Both the position numbers and the translations under genes were made by a program. DNA of 62,017 bases, the filler included, from Choristocarpus tenellus KU-1152 (Eukaryota; Protista; Phaeophyceae), in NCBI GenBank assembly GCA_964200185.2. It is 10 parts of 10 records of this genome, joined end to end, with 100 filler letters (N's around TTAATTAATTAA, not from the genome) between each part and the next. Parts side by side here need not be neighbours in the genome. Positions count along the whole stretch, not along the records: positions 9,813 to 18,830 come from CAXNAD020004077.1; positions 18,931 to 25,141 come from CAXNAD020008673.1; positions 25,242 to 31,412 come from CAXNAD020008767.1; 7 more parts are not named here. One strand, given 5' to 3'. Shown here one piece after another: positions 14,012-28,200 of this stretch. Below the pieces are notes generated by a model that saw nothing but the letters and a program-made list of their open reading frames with translations, was not told where the DNA came from and searched no databases. Position 1 is the first letter of the stretch. Each line of letters begins with the position of its first letter.

Positions 14012-14868
14012 TGGGCGTAAACAAGATCGACATAGATAACTTTGCCTTTAGGTCATGATACCTGACGGATAGAGGGAAATAGACAGTCATGATACCTGTT
14101 TGCATGGGGAAAAGAAATTGGGGGGGATAATCCCCCATGATTGTTGTCATTTGTGGAGCATATGGATATGCAGTACTCTCGATAAGGAAAGAACTGGATC
14201 ATCAAAATATGCATAGGAGATTAAGTTTGAAGTATTGAAAAGGTTTGGTTGGAGATGGTCACTTGGGCAGCAAGCATCACAGTAAGCGATCATTAATTAG
14301 TCTCAGAATAATAATTTGCCTGTTGAGGTCAAGAGTGACCCAACAAATGCTTGCTCAGGAGACCCTAGTGTTTGCTAGATTTCATACAATGTACACAGTC
14401 AGGCTTGGTCAACCCAGAAGATCTTATGTTTCTGTAGATTCCACCTCTTCCGCCTATCTTGCACAGGAAGGAATGAGATATACGTTTGGAATTCAAGTCA
14501 CCAGAACTTCACATCCAAACTTGTCACATCCCGTATATACAACCTGCCTTGTGCTGTGCTGTGAGTCCACACTCATAATGAAGTCCTCATTTTAATCACC
14601 TCTTTGGTGCATATGGTTAACCAATGTACTCCAACTTGGACCTATTGCGCCTAACACCTTGTTCATTCAAAAATTTCCTCTGCTACAAGCGAAACTGTCA
14701 CCTCCCATTGCAGCAGTACCTTCAGATTGAGTTGAACTCGACCTTCGAATCAAATGGCACGTGCTTTCTGGACATCATAGTCACCATTGACAAAATACTT
14801 GCCATTCCAGCACAAAGAGTGAGGGACATCTTGCATTCATTGGGCTCTTGTCCAATCAGGTGCAAGGG

Positions 14869-17800
14869 TCATGAGTACGAGTGCCATTGGAGTGGGGCAC
14901 CTCCTTGTATGATATGTCCCTCCCCCTCCCCATCGGACCTGGCAAATGCCTCAGGATTGATGTCTGTACCACACAGGTCCACCTCACCAAGCCCAGGACA
15001 GTGACTTTGAATATTCTGGAAGGGCGAAGAGAGGGAGCATGTCCAATTAAATGAGTTTATATGTCAGAAATATCGTACCTATTTGACTGCATTTGCTACG
15101 ACCTGTGTGTCAATCTAGAGGATGCAAAGTGTTCAAGATAACCCTCTTGGGTGATGGAATGCATTCCTTTTTGGCTCTTGATGACAATACCGCCAAACAG
15201 TGCGTTTATGTGGCATGCACTACAAATTGGGTAGGTATGGTTAATGGTAACACACAAAGGTATGTAGTACACAGATCAAAGAAATGAAGGATACGAGAAA
15301 AATGTCCAACCCAAGTGGATCTCTCATCAAGTGGATCTCTCATCTTCACTCTAAAACAAAAGCAGCATGATGTTTTCTTCCAAATATACAAGAACAATTG
15401 TTGGCGGATCAAGAGACCTTTAATCTGTTTTCAACTCAACAAATCTAATTTTCACGTAAAATGTATATCCATCTAAAATTATGTACAGCGATACACCTCT
15501 CAACATCAATACCAACCACATGGGAGGTGTATACTTCAGCAGGGAGTTATGTACTTGACCTGCACAATCAAGTTTTAAACGGCCAAGTTTAATAATAACA
15601 CAACATCCTGTCAGCACTACAATATAGAAATATTTCTGACAAGCAGCCTTGTTCCGAGAGGGTTCACTGCAACCTCCATCGTTTGGAAGCAAGGAGGGAT
15701 TTGAGAGAGGGAGACGGAAACGAATATCAGGAGTCTCCCATGAAACTGGGCCTGGAACGTATAATAACAAAATACCACCTTACAAGTAATAACAATGTAA
15801 GCCCTGTGATAATCATGTGGTTGGACAGACAAGAATACACCTTCGCTGATTGTCACTGACAAAAGTCAGACCCCGGAAGTAACAGCATTCCAAGAGTTAT
15901 CCGTCAGGGAATGGACACACCGTTAGGATGATATACCTCAACAATCTACAACATGGAATTGAGTACCAATACACTACAAGAACCACTCTTTAGTAGACAA
16001 ACTCCCGGAATAGATGGAGTTGATAATATAGTTGAATGCGGTAACAGTATCTTAAACAAAAGTTGTCCAATTGGATTCACAGCAATTTCAATCCAATGGA
16101 AAGCATTGGTAAAACAAAAGAGAAGCCTTGATGCTGGATTGGAGTTAGCCTTCACATTCCTTTTTACTGGTCCATTTCAGATCTACACACAGACACTCTA
16201 AAGATCGTGGACCAACACTTGGCAATCTCCGCTGAGAGGAATTTTATACAAACTACTCTGTTGTCACTTTTTGGGAGGGGGGTCAGTGATGAAAAGGGAA
16301 TAGACCTTCAACCCTAGCTTACTAAAAACACTATCTAAAAAAAAGAAGAATTGTAGAACCAATCGAATTGTGCAGTAACCATAGTTTCCATTTCAGTGAA
16401 CCGCTACTACATACTCCACCACTACTATTAAGAGGAATAATTCGAATATCAAGCTAGGTATATACCAGGTGCCAATAAGTGGAAGCTTGTGGTTGAGCAA
16501 GATGTGTACACATGTTGAGATATAAATACGGTATTTTGTTGAGAGTACCACACCCAACAACTGAAATGTGTTTGGCCCAAGAGATTCTAGGTCTCCACAA
16601 ACGAGTGTTACCTTTCTAAGAATCAATAGATGCAAAAACCCCAATAGGTTAATGACACTAGAGTATTAAATGTACCGTTCATTGAGGCTGGTATGCATGC
16701 AAGAGTGTGACAAAATAGGTATTCAGTAAGTATTCCAAACAAAAATAGAGTGGATGACTAATGGGTTTACACCGCATGGATGAGGAACAAGGTATTCCTA
16801 TCTTAAGGTTAGGGTTGAACGATAATGAACCAGACTATAGACAGAATATTCAAAACTATGCTTACCAAGTATTTCTATCACTATCTGGTATTGAGCATAC
16901 ACATAACAAGGGCCTGTCGTCCTAAAAAAAAATGGTATCTGTGAGAGAAAGAAGGGAAACTCCTTTTCAGTATGTAATATCCATTGTTGGTCCAACATCA
17001 TAGTGATAATAAGCTTTATCCTGCTGGGGTTAGTGCTCTTCACGAGCCCCCAAAGACCTGCAATACTGCTGACTATGCTTTGAAGCCTAATTGCAATCTC
17101 ATACAATACCTTGGAATTGAGCTTGTGACTCCCACGAAGATTGATGTAGGAGAGGGATCCACAGTTGAGAGTCAGATGCCTCAACCCCAGCATGCTGAGG
17201 TCTAGAGACACCATCATTGGCAAGTCGAGGCTAAGAGAGGCCAGGGCCATGCACATTGCCACAGAAATCTCAGATAGCCTCTGACATACAACCACGCATG
17301 AGGTCTGAGTCCCCACAAGAGCAAGATCCATTCCAAAGCATTAACCGTGGCATTGGTAGGGTGGAGGGTAAGAACAACAAATAAACAAAGGCAGATGAGG
17401 CCTCAATACAAAAAATGTATGTAGCCATTTCTTTAGGACAGATATAACCTCAACAACAAGGAGCACCCAATAGGGAGGCTTTAAAAAAAAATCAGATACC
17501 AAAGAGAAGTTGCTTCCCTGTCGTATGGGGGATTCTGCAGGCTCACCAGGCTGCCACATAGGGACAGGTCCAGGCTCTGGAGAACTGGGGATTCAAGGGT
17601 AGGGCTCGTGAGGGCCGAGCATCCCTTCAGTGCAAGGTGGAGGAGGGAAGGACACGAGGAGAGCAAACCCTCCACAGCAGAGTCTGGGAGTTTTGTACAC
17701 CAGCTGGAGTCCAGGTATGTCAGAGCTGCAGAGATAAATTGTTAAGGGGGGGAAGATGCAGAGCTGATACTATCAACATTGAGCTGGACTGTCCAAGACT

Positions 17801-18694
17801 GTAGATGAGGGACACTTTGTTTACACAGTTATGATCAGGAGTCAACAGTGAGTAGAACATGCAAACATTCCACAATGGCATGTGGGCAGACTGGAGGAAA
17901 GAATAGCTTCTATGTTGGCTTCAAGACTCTGATGGCAACAGGTATCTACAGCACAAGGTTAGGTAATGCATTCATACACCAATCACAAAGGTGTGAGAAA
18001 GGTTTACATGGGCAGTTTACAGCTGTGCACAAAACCAAGAAGGCAACAAGATGAGCCACATGCAAGCAAGGTATGACTTCTCACCAGGCATGTCGAGGGT
18101 CATCTCACTGATGTGCATGCAGCGTGATACATCCAAGGAGGATAATGTGGGAGATTTAAGCCACAAGGATACAAGGGTAGTACAATCTGCCACTGAGAGC
18201 TTAGTTAGCAACACACAACAGTCTAGCAAGAGCTGCACATCTGCATCCTTGAGTTGTCGGAAGCCCACAAGACACACCTTTGCAGTATTATGGCATGGAG
18301 TACAACAGCGTTTGGAACAAGGGCAAGAGGCCGTCAGAAATTCAGACATTACAAAGTGGCTGTGTGGAAGTCACCTGTGACATTATCCAATCCAGGAAAA
18401 CCCCAACATAGCACACAGTCCAGCAGCATCCCCAAGCAAAACTATCAAGCAGCACAAATCCACAGACTTCGCAAAGGGACTCAGCTTGACAAAGCAAGCA
18501 CAAACTGCTGGCCTTACCTCTTGCAGCTGGTGCCCAGCACTGGCAAGAGATTCAATTGCATCACTCTTCACATAGAAGGTGCCCAGAAGTGACAACCGCC
18601 GCATGCTGTCAAACCGACACACCAGTTCACGAAAGGTTGAATCATCAATAACTCTAGCCATCATCACTCGCAAGGACACCAGCTGCGGGCACAC
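14869..18694 (-). CDS. Cysteine-containing LRR protein (F-box/LRR type), 3' exons
   Basis: Phase-consistent exons 18694-18518, 18277-18085, 17725-17547, 17280-17110 and 15015-14869 (TGA). Repeated CPxLxxLxLxxCxxL units (SCPSLLHLALKGCSAL, SPTLSSLDVSRC, HCPGLGEVDLCG). The F-box itself is not in the contig. Confidence 0.85.
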
Positions 18695-18830
18695 CTACGA
18701 TTCAGGCGTCAGGAGCAATTTCTTCGATTATTAGACATCTAGGAACAACGGGCTTCTTGTGCACACTGGGACTAGGTAGGGGCTAGGGGGGGGGTGGGGG
18801 GGGGTGCTTAGATGCTTGCACAGCATGAAA

Positions 18831-18930
18831 NNNNNNNNNNNNNNNNNNNNNNNNNNNNNNNNNNNNNNNNNNNNTTAATTAATTAANNNNNNNNNNNNNN
18901 NNNNNNNNNNNNNNNNNNNNNNNNNNNNNN
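18831..18930. other. Artificial contig spacer
   Basis: 44 N + TTAATTAATTAA + 44 N. Confidence 0.98.
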
Positions 18931-20559
18931 AAAAGAAGAGAAAGAGGGGGGAGAAAAAAAAAAAAAAATCATATTTTTTGTGGGGGGGGGGGGGGGGGGG
19001 GGGGAGAGAGAGGGTGAAGGAACAGAAGGTTAGTGGTGACAACTCGAATAAGGGTCAAAGACGGGGTCTCAAAAAAGAGAACAAAAACCCAAAGCAAAAC
19101 TATGAAACTGTACTGTTGTTACTTCTGTATTCAATGTAAAGAATAGACGAACAAGTACGTATGTAACAATGGGCTAAAGGGGGCTGCTATAAACATAAAA
19201 ATACACAGCAGTACAGCAGCACAAACACAACTATGTATGCTTGAAATAAAACAATCGGCCACTGGACTGTATGTCTTGAGTTGTCTTAAGAGAAAGAACT
19301 GCAGTGTCAGGTAATGACCACTTGGCACTGTGGTTGCTTTATGTATGGTACAAAGAACCACACCGAGGAAAATTCTTGGTGGCAGTTGTTGGCATGTTGG
19401 GGGTCAGGCAGATAGTTTTATGAGTCGCAGGTACTATGCATAAAACCGTTTACTTGCATCAGTCCCATGCTATCTTAGCTGCGGTATCATTGTGTACGGT
19501 GAACTAGTGGTTGCTCACAAGGAAAGAACCATTTCATCTCCAGATCTAACAAGAAACGGCATTGAGCAGCAACAGCAGCGATATGCATTTCTATATATAT
19601 GTCATTGGTTTTATCAAGGTAGACAAAATGTTGCCACTATAAATCACATAGCATATCAGGTACTAAAATAGTAACCGCAAAAAATGTACTTGATGCACTC
19701 CCTACAAGTCTTCTTGATGTACTAATGAAACAAGAACTAAAAACAAACTTTGTAATACACATATTTGTCGTACACAACATCACACATCTCACATCTACAC
19801 ATGCATTGCAAGTCCCACACCCTCGGCAACATAACCTAACACTTCCATAATACTTTGTGTTGAAGCATTTTGATAAATGTTACATACCTGTTACATACCC
19901 GACATGAAATACCTATGTCTTACACATCATGTTGAGTGTTTTGTATGTCGTAGAGGGTGTAAACGTTCTACTGTTGCAAAGAGTGCAACCCAGCCATACA
20001 AGCCCTAAATCCAAACTACACTCCATCTTGGACTATTGTAGCTTTTCAAAATCCACATTTAAGTACATATGTAAATACTAGAGCGAAAATTAAACAATTG
20101 CCTTGCTTTTTTCCCGATTATTACGCCATTTGAAAAAAGACTTGAGCTATCATAGACAAGCCTGCACCGTCAAAATGTTAAATATTAACATTAAAGTTGT
20201 ATCAGGCACACGGAAGCCCTTGAATCGATATCGTCGGGCTATTTTCCATTTGTAAAAAAAAAAAGAAGAATATCTCGATCAGTCATAACAAGGAGGTATT
20301 GTGGTGAGAATAGCACTGTCCCAGAGTAAGAAAGAAAAATTAAATACTTCCTCTACTTAGCAATAATTTGTACAGATAGTAGGGGCAGACTTAAAAAACT
20401 TAGGGTTAGGGTTAGAAAAAATATCAAATTTTCATCCTTCAGTGTATTTATTATTGATATAAGAGGAGGATTCATTTGACCCCATTTCTTACTTAGACTA
20501 CAATAACAATGTAACATACTGATTCCTCATGGTAGACGAACACGATCCTGTAGTGCCAA

Positions 20560-20636
20560 GCTTGTTCACACATCTCAACTGGTTGTATGCCCGCATTTTG
20601 TCAAGTGAATGCCCGGGTTCAAATCCCGGTAGAAGC
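20560..20636 (+). pseudogene. tRNA-like relic (tRNA pseudogene or tRNA-SINE head)
   Basis: Perfect T-arm CCGGG-TTCAAAT-CCCGG (20613-20629, B box). The acceptor stem GCTTGTT/TAGAAGC has mismatches and the D and anticodon arms do not fold cleanly. Confidence 0.5.
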
Positions 20637-21720
20637 GGCCAGATTTTCTTCTCAACAAACTTGATTTCCATGGACCACGTGGTAAGTGTACATTGGGAGG
20701 GTACACCTATACCTTATAGTATCATGTACTAAGCCACAGAAGGGACATGAGGCAACATTTCCATCATGGTGACATAGATTAATTGCAGAGGGAGGGAGTA
20801 TATACCAGATTTGAGGGAGGAGGCTATGGTATGAGATGGTATGAGATGGTATGTGATGGTCTGTGAGATGAAGCAAACTCACAACAAAACGTCAAGGTTA
20901 TTGTATAGTTTCTTCTAGTGCAACAGCTACATTCTAGAGTGGGTAGTAGTAGAAGAAGTAGTACAGTGTGCACTGCCATCTGGAGACGGATTAAGGGGCT
21001 GGGAAGGGTGAAAGTAGCAGAGAAATTACCACCACCACCACTAGTACTACTATTACCACTATTATTACTATTACTACTACTACAAAAACAATACTAAAGA
21101 TGTGGAGGAATCATTTCAAGAAACACCTCCCAAAAAATACACTTCTCATGCTCAAGTACAACAATTCTAATGCGAACCCCCCTCCCTCCCGACAAATTCT
21201 TGTGATACAAAGCAAATGAAGACAAGAGTTGTCCAAACCTCCGGTTGCAACGATTGAACTATTCCAAACATCTCATCTTGCACACATTAGTTGCCACAGA
21301 TAAACTAATACTTAGAAGGATTGTAGTAATGTGGTATTGTAGGGTTCTGAATCGTTACCATTCAATTGATCGATGATTAATAATCATATTTTAACAGTAT
21401 CTAAACCGAAAAAACGGAGAGAAAAAAAGTTCTCGATTTTTTTTTCTTTGTGCGCAAATGCACTAAGTCCACTTGCAGTCTGCTCTCAATCACCAAAGCT
21501 TATCAACCTCATGCACAGCATCTTCAATCAGTTGCAATACATGCATGTTTGGAATACATACAAGTGCTTTCAATCCACAGCAAATAAAATTTGTTAATAA
21601 TGAAGTGCTCCTACTACAGTGGATTTTTTTTTTTTTTTGTCAAAAACCTTTTTTTTAAAAGAAAATATTTCCAATCCTAACCCTAGCCCTAACCAAAATA
21701 TTTTATCATAACTTCAAAAC

Positions 21721-24700
21721 CTACACATCTACAAACGTCACTTGCCTGAAGTGATTGTGTTCAGGGATGGTCTCGCTTGCTCTGGCGAACCCCACACCAA
21801 ATCCCCCTCCCACAACACCTCCACCGTTCTTCCATGCATACACCCCAATAGCGTAATGCATTGGATTGTCTACTGCAAGATCGAGAACATAGACCAGCTC
21901 GGATAGGAGTTGCACGTGAGATGAAAGGGACCACAAGCGGTCAAATATCTCAAGCTTTCCCATCTCCTTTTGTAGTTCCTCCAGAGCCTGAATTTTTCGC
22001 CAGGAGGGTATTTCATAGAAGGTTTGCATAATTGCGACCATTTCAGAACATGTACTGCTGGATACCTAGAGTGACTTCTTCGTATTGATGATATTGTGTT
22101 GATGATATTGTATTGATGATATTTGGAGAAAAAATAATAATAATGTTTTCACTCATCTTACTGAACCGATGGACTCCCACAACAGACAGTGGAGTCTACT
22201 AATTTTAAAGTAAAATCTGCCCATAGTTTTACTACTATTTTGAAACAGGAAGGCATCTGCAGCATACCTTATCATGTATATATGTATATATATATGCTTG
22301 ATTGGGGGGAGGGGGGTGGGGAAGTATCACAGAACTCTCAGTACGCTGCTGAATAAACTGATGATCAATCCAAAAATGAAATGAGAGGCTTTACAATTAC
22401 CACATCTCAGAGGATCCTATACACACACTTACAGCTAATATAATACATACTATATATATTTGTGTATGTATCTGATCTGAGAGTTTGTAGGACTCCCACA
22501 ACCTATGAATAAAGCTAATGCAGTAAAAAATATACACATTCTTTTTTGTCATGGGTACTCTCAACATAATTTAGGTAATTGATGCATTATAGTGCGATCA
22601 AACCAGCCACCCTCTTTCCAAACAAGCTTGTTGAGGACGTGTGACCCCTCTAAGACAGGTACACACCTAGACTATCAAAACCCCAAACTCTCAATAAAGA
22701 AAAAGAGAAGCATACTGTAATAGTACATACTACATAATATGTAGCATTGAAAATGAAACAAAACGAACACACAAACACACACACACACACACACACTGAT
22801 TAGTGAGGGAAAGTATGTTGACATTGTGCTTCCCAAGTCTGTTGGAAACCAGCATCTAATACGCATTGCACTACAAGATAGCATCACTTCCCCACTGATA
22901 GGAGTAACCATCATCATCAACAACAACAAACTTCCCCTCTGGTGAATTGTACTAGAAATAAAATGAGGGCTTAGCCCATCTCAGCAATTACAAATATAAC
23001 AATATAAAGTTTTTTTTTGTACATCACCAACAAATTTTGTTCACTTTCATATCTAGATAAACTTCTCTCTCCTTGTTTGTATATATGTATCGGAAATTTT
23101 GCAAAAAGGTGCTGACATAAAAACAAAAACCCCATTCGTTTAGAAAGAAAAAAGGTGATGGAAACACAATGACTGAACTTGCTTCCCCTATATTACAAAA
23201 ATACAACAGTAAGGGCATTCTGTTCTATTGGAGTACGTTCTTGGCAGGGCAAGAAAAAAATCAAGGTCAAAATGATTATTAAAATAATACAGAAACAATT
23301 AGCAAGACCGAAATTCACAAATAGGTTTCTATTGACTTTCTAATCTCCAAGCACACAGTCATTACAATTATCATAACCCCTTAGTTTTGATCCACCTAAC
23401 CCTAACCCTAAAACACTTAGAAAAAACATTACTACTTTCATCTTGTCTTCGAATATTCCGATTCTGTGTCATTCAATCAATAAATAAATAAAAATCAAGA
23501 AGGAAAAAGAAATCTGCCTCCAGAAGTATACCTCCATGTAGTGCTTTTACTAATATAATAAAGATGTATCATTGTACAAATAAGTGTGTGTCAAGAGAAT
23601 TATTCCTGGTAGCCAGGGTTTGGGTTAGAATAAATAATAATAATAAAATAAATCAATGATGATGACAAACAAAAGGTGTACCTCTGGCATAAGCCAAATC
23701 CATCAATCATACAGCACTGTTGTTCTCCTTCATAGTCACACCTCATCATCACCCCCTTTATACCACCACCCCATTATACCCCTGGTTGACGGTATGAGGT
23801 ACACTTTATTACAATACCGTCAACGGTATAAAACATATAATACCTTCAGTATCAGGTAAACCTTGATATACCATCCACCCCATTGTACCCCTGGTTGATG
23901 TTATGAGGTACACTTTATTACAATATCGTCAACGGTATCAAACATATAATAACTTCAGTATCAGGAAAGCCTTGATATACCATCAATGGTAACTCCATAT
24001 TATATCTTCAATAGCACGAGGTAAACCTCTACATAACATCAATGTTTCCCCCTTGGTGTCATCTGTACTAACACATCTCATATATTCTGGACTTACACAT
24101 CTTATATACTCTGGACTTACACATCTTACACACTCTGAACTTAATACATACGCCTCTGTGAAAAAACAAGAATAATCTAGAGCCCTCTACCCCACCAGCA
24201 TCATACTTTCTAAGTACTCAAGACTATCTTTCCCTCCCTAAAAAAGAGGAAAATATATCAAAGCGCACTTAGAGAAGATACTAGTAGCAGCATTTAATTT
24301 CCTCAAAAAAAAAAAAGAACCAGTATTAATGCTGCAACATTAACCCATACCTATCCCTCCATACACTTAAAATACAAAAGATCAGGCCTTAGAATATGAA
24401 GGCTGACTTAGTATGTAGTATATACTATATAATTGAATAAATGTGATGCAAGGATTGGAAGCGCGTCCAGCACAACCAAAAAAAAAAAAACGAGAAAAAC
24501 TTCACCCTAACCTCAACCCTAACCCTAACACAGTTCATGGACGCGAGAGTCTGGATCAGAAACAGTTACATATTTCAAAATACAATAGACAAGAACATAT
24601 TATTTAATACAGTGATTCAATAATTAAAAGATTAGTTATCCCACTAGGCTAGGGTTAGGTTTGGACTACAAAGGTATATATGGATGGCTTTAATGTATCC

Positions 24701-24986
24701 TTAAAAAGTAGAGACCTCTATTTGGACAAAAAAAAACTAGCCAGACAAAAAAGGTATACCGATGACATAAAAAATTGCCCTTGAAAAAAAAAGGAGAGAG
24801 AGCCCTAACTCGAAACCCAATAACGAAAACTACCAAATCGAAAAAAAAAAGTCCCCAAAACTTACTGTAACCCTACCCCTAACCTACTTGTCGGATGTAC
24901 TTCACAGACCACTTCTCAGGAAAAAATTTGGAAAGTTCATTCCAGAAGCGTGTCCCAGCATCAAAGGTCTTCTCCCAGCCCACCAT
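21721..24986 (-). CDS. Unrecognised protein, last two exons
   Basis: Exon 24986-24888 (AG..GT, 33 codons, MVGWEKTFDAGTRFWNELSKFFPEKWSVKYIRQ) splices in phase 0 to terminal exon 22065-21721 (VSSSTCSEMVAIMQTFYEIPSWRKIQALEEL...HNHFRQVTFVDV*). Protein-like islands in AT-rich DNA. Confidence 0.7.
23765..23985. repeat. Tandem duplication, ~110 bp x2
   Basis: CACCCCATT(A/G)TACCCCTGGTTGA...CCTTGATATACCATC repeated head to tail with few substitutions. Confidence 0.85.
24072..24143. repeat. Minisatellite, ~23-24 bp x3
   Basis: CACATCTYAYAYAYTCTGRACTTA-like unit three times. Confidence 0.75.
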
Positions 24987-25060
24987 CTGCCCCCCAAAGA
25001 GTCAGAAAAAACACAAGGACAGCATCACCAAGACATCCACATAGGAGTCAATGAATGTCA

Positions 25061-25092
<32 letters not shown>

Positions 25093-25141
25093 GGGAAAAC
25101 AAGGGGGGGAAGGTGTTGTGTAAAAAAAAAAAGAAAACACG

Positions 25142-25241
25142 NNNNNNNNNNNNNNNNNNNNNNNNNNNNNNNNNNNNNNNNNNNNTTAATTAATTAANNN
25201 NNNNNNNNNNNNNNNNNNNNNNNNNNNNNNNNNNNNNNNNN
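25142..25241. other. Artificial contig spacer
   Basis: 44 N + TTAATTAATTAA + 44 N. Confidence 0.98.
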
Positions 25242-25263
25242 CACCCTGGTGTAGCCCCCCCCT

Positions 25264-25283
25264 CCCCCCAGATACTTTGAGCC
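25264..25283 (-). mobile_element. Family G TIR terminus near contig start
   Basis: CCCCCCAGATACTTTGAGCC. Confidence 0.7.
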
Positions 25284-28200
25284 TAACGCTTGCCCCGTCG
25301 AGTTCGAACCATGAAATCCAGTACTTTCCTGAGAAAGATTTCTAGCGTAGATGGCATTCAAGCCCGCAAAAAATATATATATTGTTGGGAACACCCCATC
25401 CATACAACGGTTGAAATACGTCGAATCACCAATCATAGGGAACGAAAGGCTTCTGACTGGAATTTCAACAGAGGTTCTAAAAAATGCAACAGTGCTTTTC
25501 AAATTTTCAAACCGAGAAAAGAATAGTATCTTTTTCGTTTTTTGTAGACGTGGTAGTGTGAAGTCATGCAATATGTACGTGAGTATAGAGAGGAAGTGCA
25601 AGCGTGGTTAATAAAAAGCAGGAGATATTGCACGAGATGGAACAGGGTGAGGTGAGGACTGGTCGGGATGTTGACCGTCATTAACCTTCCCACCTACCCT
25701 CCCTGTTGGTCAATAGAATAGGGGGAGGGGATTTTACTTTTTGCCTGAGGTATCTCTGTAGTTCTTTGTTGCTTTTTTTTCTACTTTGAACTTTTCCCTA
25801 TTTCTTTATGTTTGAGGGGCAGTGGTGTGTATCGGGGGTGTGGGGGCTGGGGAGGTCCTCCACACAAAATGAAACTGAGTGGTGTCACAGAAGAGTGTCC
25901 TCCACAGTGGAACAGGACATAGTGAGCGTAAATTTTTCTTACCATGTCCTCTCAACCAGAAGCTGGGACTGCACAATTGGTATTACACCCATTTGCATCC
26001 AGAACTTGTATCATATTCACTTTTGTTCAGTGGTCTAATTAACACCACCCAGAATGAGATTCAAGATAGAAGGTGGGATGTTGGATGCACTTTATTATCA
26101 CTCTAACCTACATTATGTATCCCAAAAGGCCACAAATGTAGTATTCCAGAGGAAGTTCCCTGTCTTCGAAAGTAAAATGAAGTGGAAGTCACAACCTCAA
26201 GAGTATTATGGGTGACTGGCACCACAATGCAACAAAGGAATATAGTTGTAATTAGTTCCACTTTGGTCAAGAGACTTTCCCAAACCATAGTCAGAGGTGC
26301 CACACACTGTGTTAAAACATAGGCCATCTCACAGTTGTATACTAGTTCATAGAAACCAGCAAACAAGTCTTCAGCAATCGTGACAGACTGAGCTACACTT
26401 TATGCTTGACAGATACCGAGTCAGGACTGGGCTAGAGTGAGTGTGTACAAGACCTTATGCTCCCCCTCATCAAAGCAGGTCTGGTTCCAATAGACGCTGA
26501 CTTGGGTCCCCTATTTTCTCCACTGTGACACCCTATTTGATGGTGATTTTGAGATGCCCAGGTCACCTCCTTCAACTTCCGTCACCTCTCTCATGTATTC
26601 AGAGTATTTAGCCTAGATAATACACAGCCAAACGGTCACATCAATCCATTTACCCACATTCAGCTATCAAACTCTCCACAGAGAGTCAACGTTCACCCTT
26701 TCCCAAGGGACAAGACTCTGCTCAGAGGATAATTCGTTTGTCCCTCATTAACAAACAAGGTCCTCTCTCTTCAAAGAGCACCACAAATGACTCTTCCTCA
26801 AGGGACAAACCATATACAACCCACGAGATACCTGGGCATTGGATTCAACCATCTCAGTCAACCAAACCATCTCCTGCCAATACTTCTCAAACCCAAACGG
26901 CCTGTACTTTCTGGGGAGGTTTGCTGCTCCAACCACCGCACCAAGGGCAGGCCCCTCTTCTGCCACTGAGCTATAGAGAAGAGTGTATGGCACCAAATAC
27001 ACTCCTTGCTGAGAGATTAGTTGCATAGGCCAAACTTAGATCTGTCTGTGGGAGCTTGGTTTTACTCTCAGAACATTGCCGTGTTGGACAGATGGTGTGA
27101 CTTGAAAGGCCCCCTTTTTCATGAGGAATCCATGGGCCACCATCCCAAACACTCAATCCTCTCACAGGAGATGTCTCAGTTGTGTTGGGAGACATACTCC
27201 CAGAAGATCCCCTTGCGCATACTATGTGGGAAAGAGGACTTTTCCAAATAGTTTGTTAATTGTGTTAAATATGGTCATCTTCTTGGACTAGATACCAACC
27301 AAATCCAGAAAAAAAGGAGTTTTCCACTCACAAATAATCAGAGGTTGACAGGGTGGCATAAGGCTACTATTCTTACTGCATAATGAGATGATTAGTAGGA
27401 CAATTGACATTATATTGGCAGTTTCTTGCCTGATGATACTGTACCATCTATTAAATCACAACCTTAATATAAACACCAATGCTTTCCTTGATAGGGTATA
27501 CCTTTTCCTTGATAGGGTATACCTTGCATGCGCTACCACTCGTACTCCAGGGATATCTCGTGTTGTCTACTTTAGGTCATCAATATGTTCTTTTCTTGTT
27601 AACTGGATGATGTCCATTAAAGTGGCAGGTGCAAACCAAGTCCCTCCATGCCTTGTCCCCCACTAACTTCTTCTGCTCTCGCTCCTACCCCCTCTAAGTC
27701 ACCGCCACCTAACTGTATCTGAAAATATACTTTTTCCTTACTAAACAAATGATGGGCCCCATTTATTCAGATTGACTAGAACAGCAGGGTAAGTGAATTA
27801 TCTTCAAGGCCCTTTCTTCCACCATCCAACCATTATGGTGAGAGCTGCAAGAAAAGACCTCTGATGCTATTCAACACAGTCCACACACTCCATGATGAGC
27901 AAGTGCAACGAATGAAAGTGTGCTATTTCTCCCTCTGAAAGAACCGCCTCCACATTAAAAAAACGAGCAGAGCTTCACCACCTCAACAATCCCACTCACA
28001 CTGTGCTATCTTCTCCTCATCCTTGTTTGTACATTTGGGAACAAACGTCTCGGGGATATCCCAAGAAAATACTTCAACTTAGATTTCAACAATAAAAAAG
28101 ATGGAAGGGTTGGGATAGTTACAGCATCAGTCAACGAACACTACCAGCGCAAATGGATATATTTCAACATTTAATACAAGCTCATCCCACTGGTGGAAAA

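Noticed and set aside
15800-16260. Coding-like patch inside the LRR gene's last intron
   Set aside because: Multiple stops and no diagnostic motif; possibly a TE relic but unsupported.
20560-20636. Functional tRNA gene
   Set aside because: Only the T-arm is intact; the acceptor stem is mismatched and no clear anticodon arm can be assigned.
23765-24143. Direct repeats as a CRISPR-like array
   Set aside because: Units are head to tail with no unique spacers, the context is eukaryotic, and there are no cas genes.
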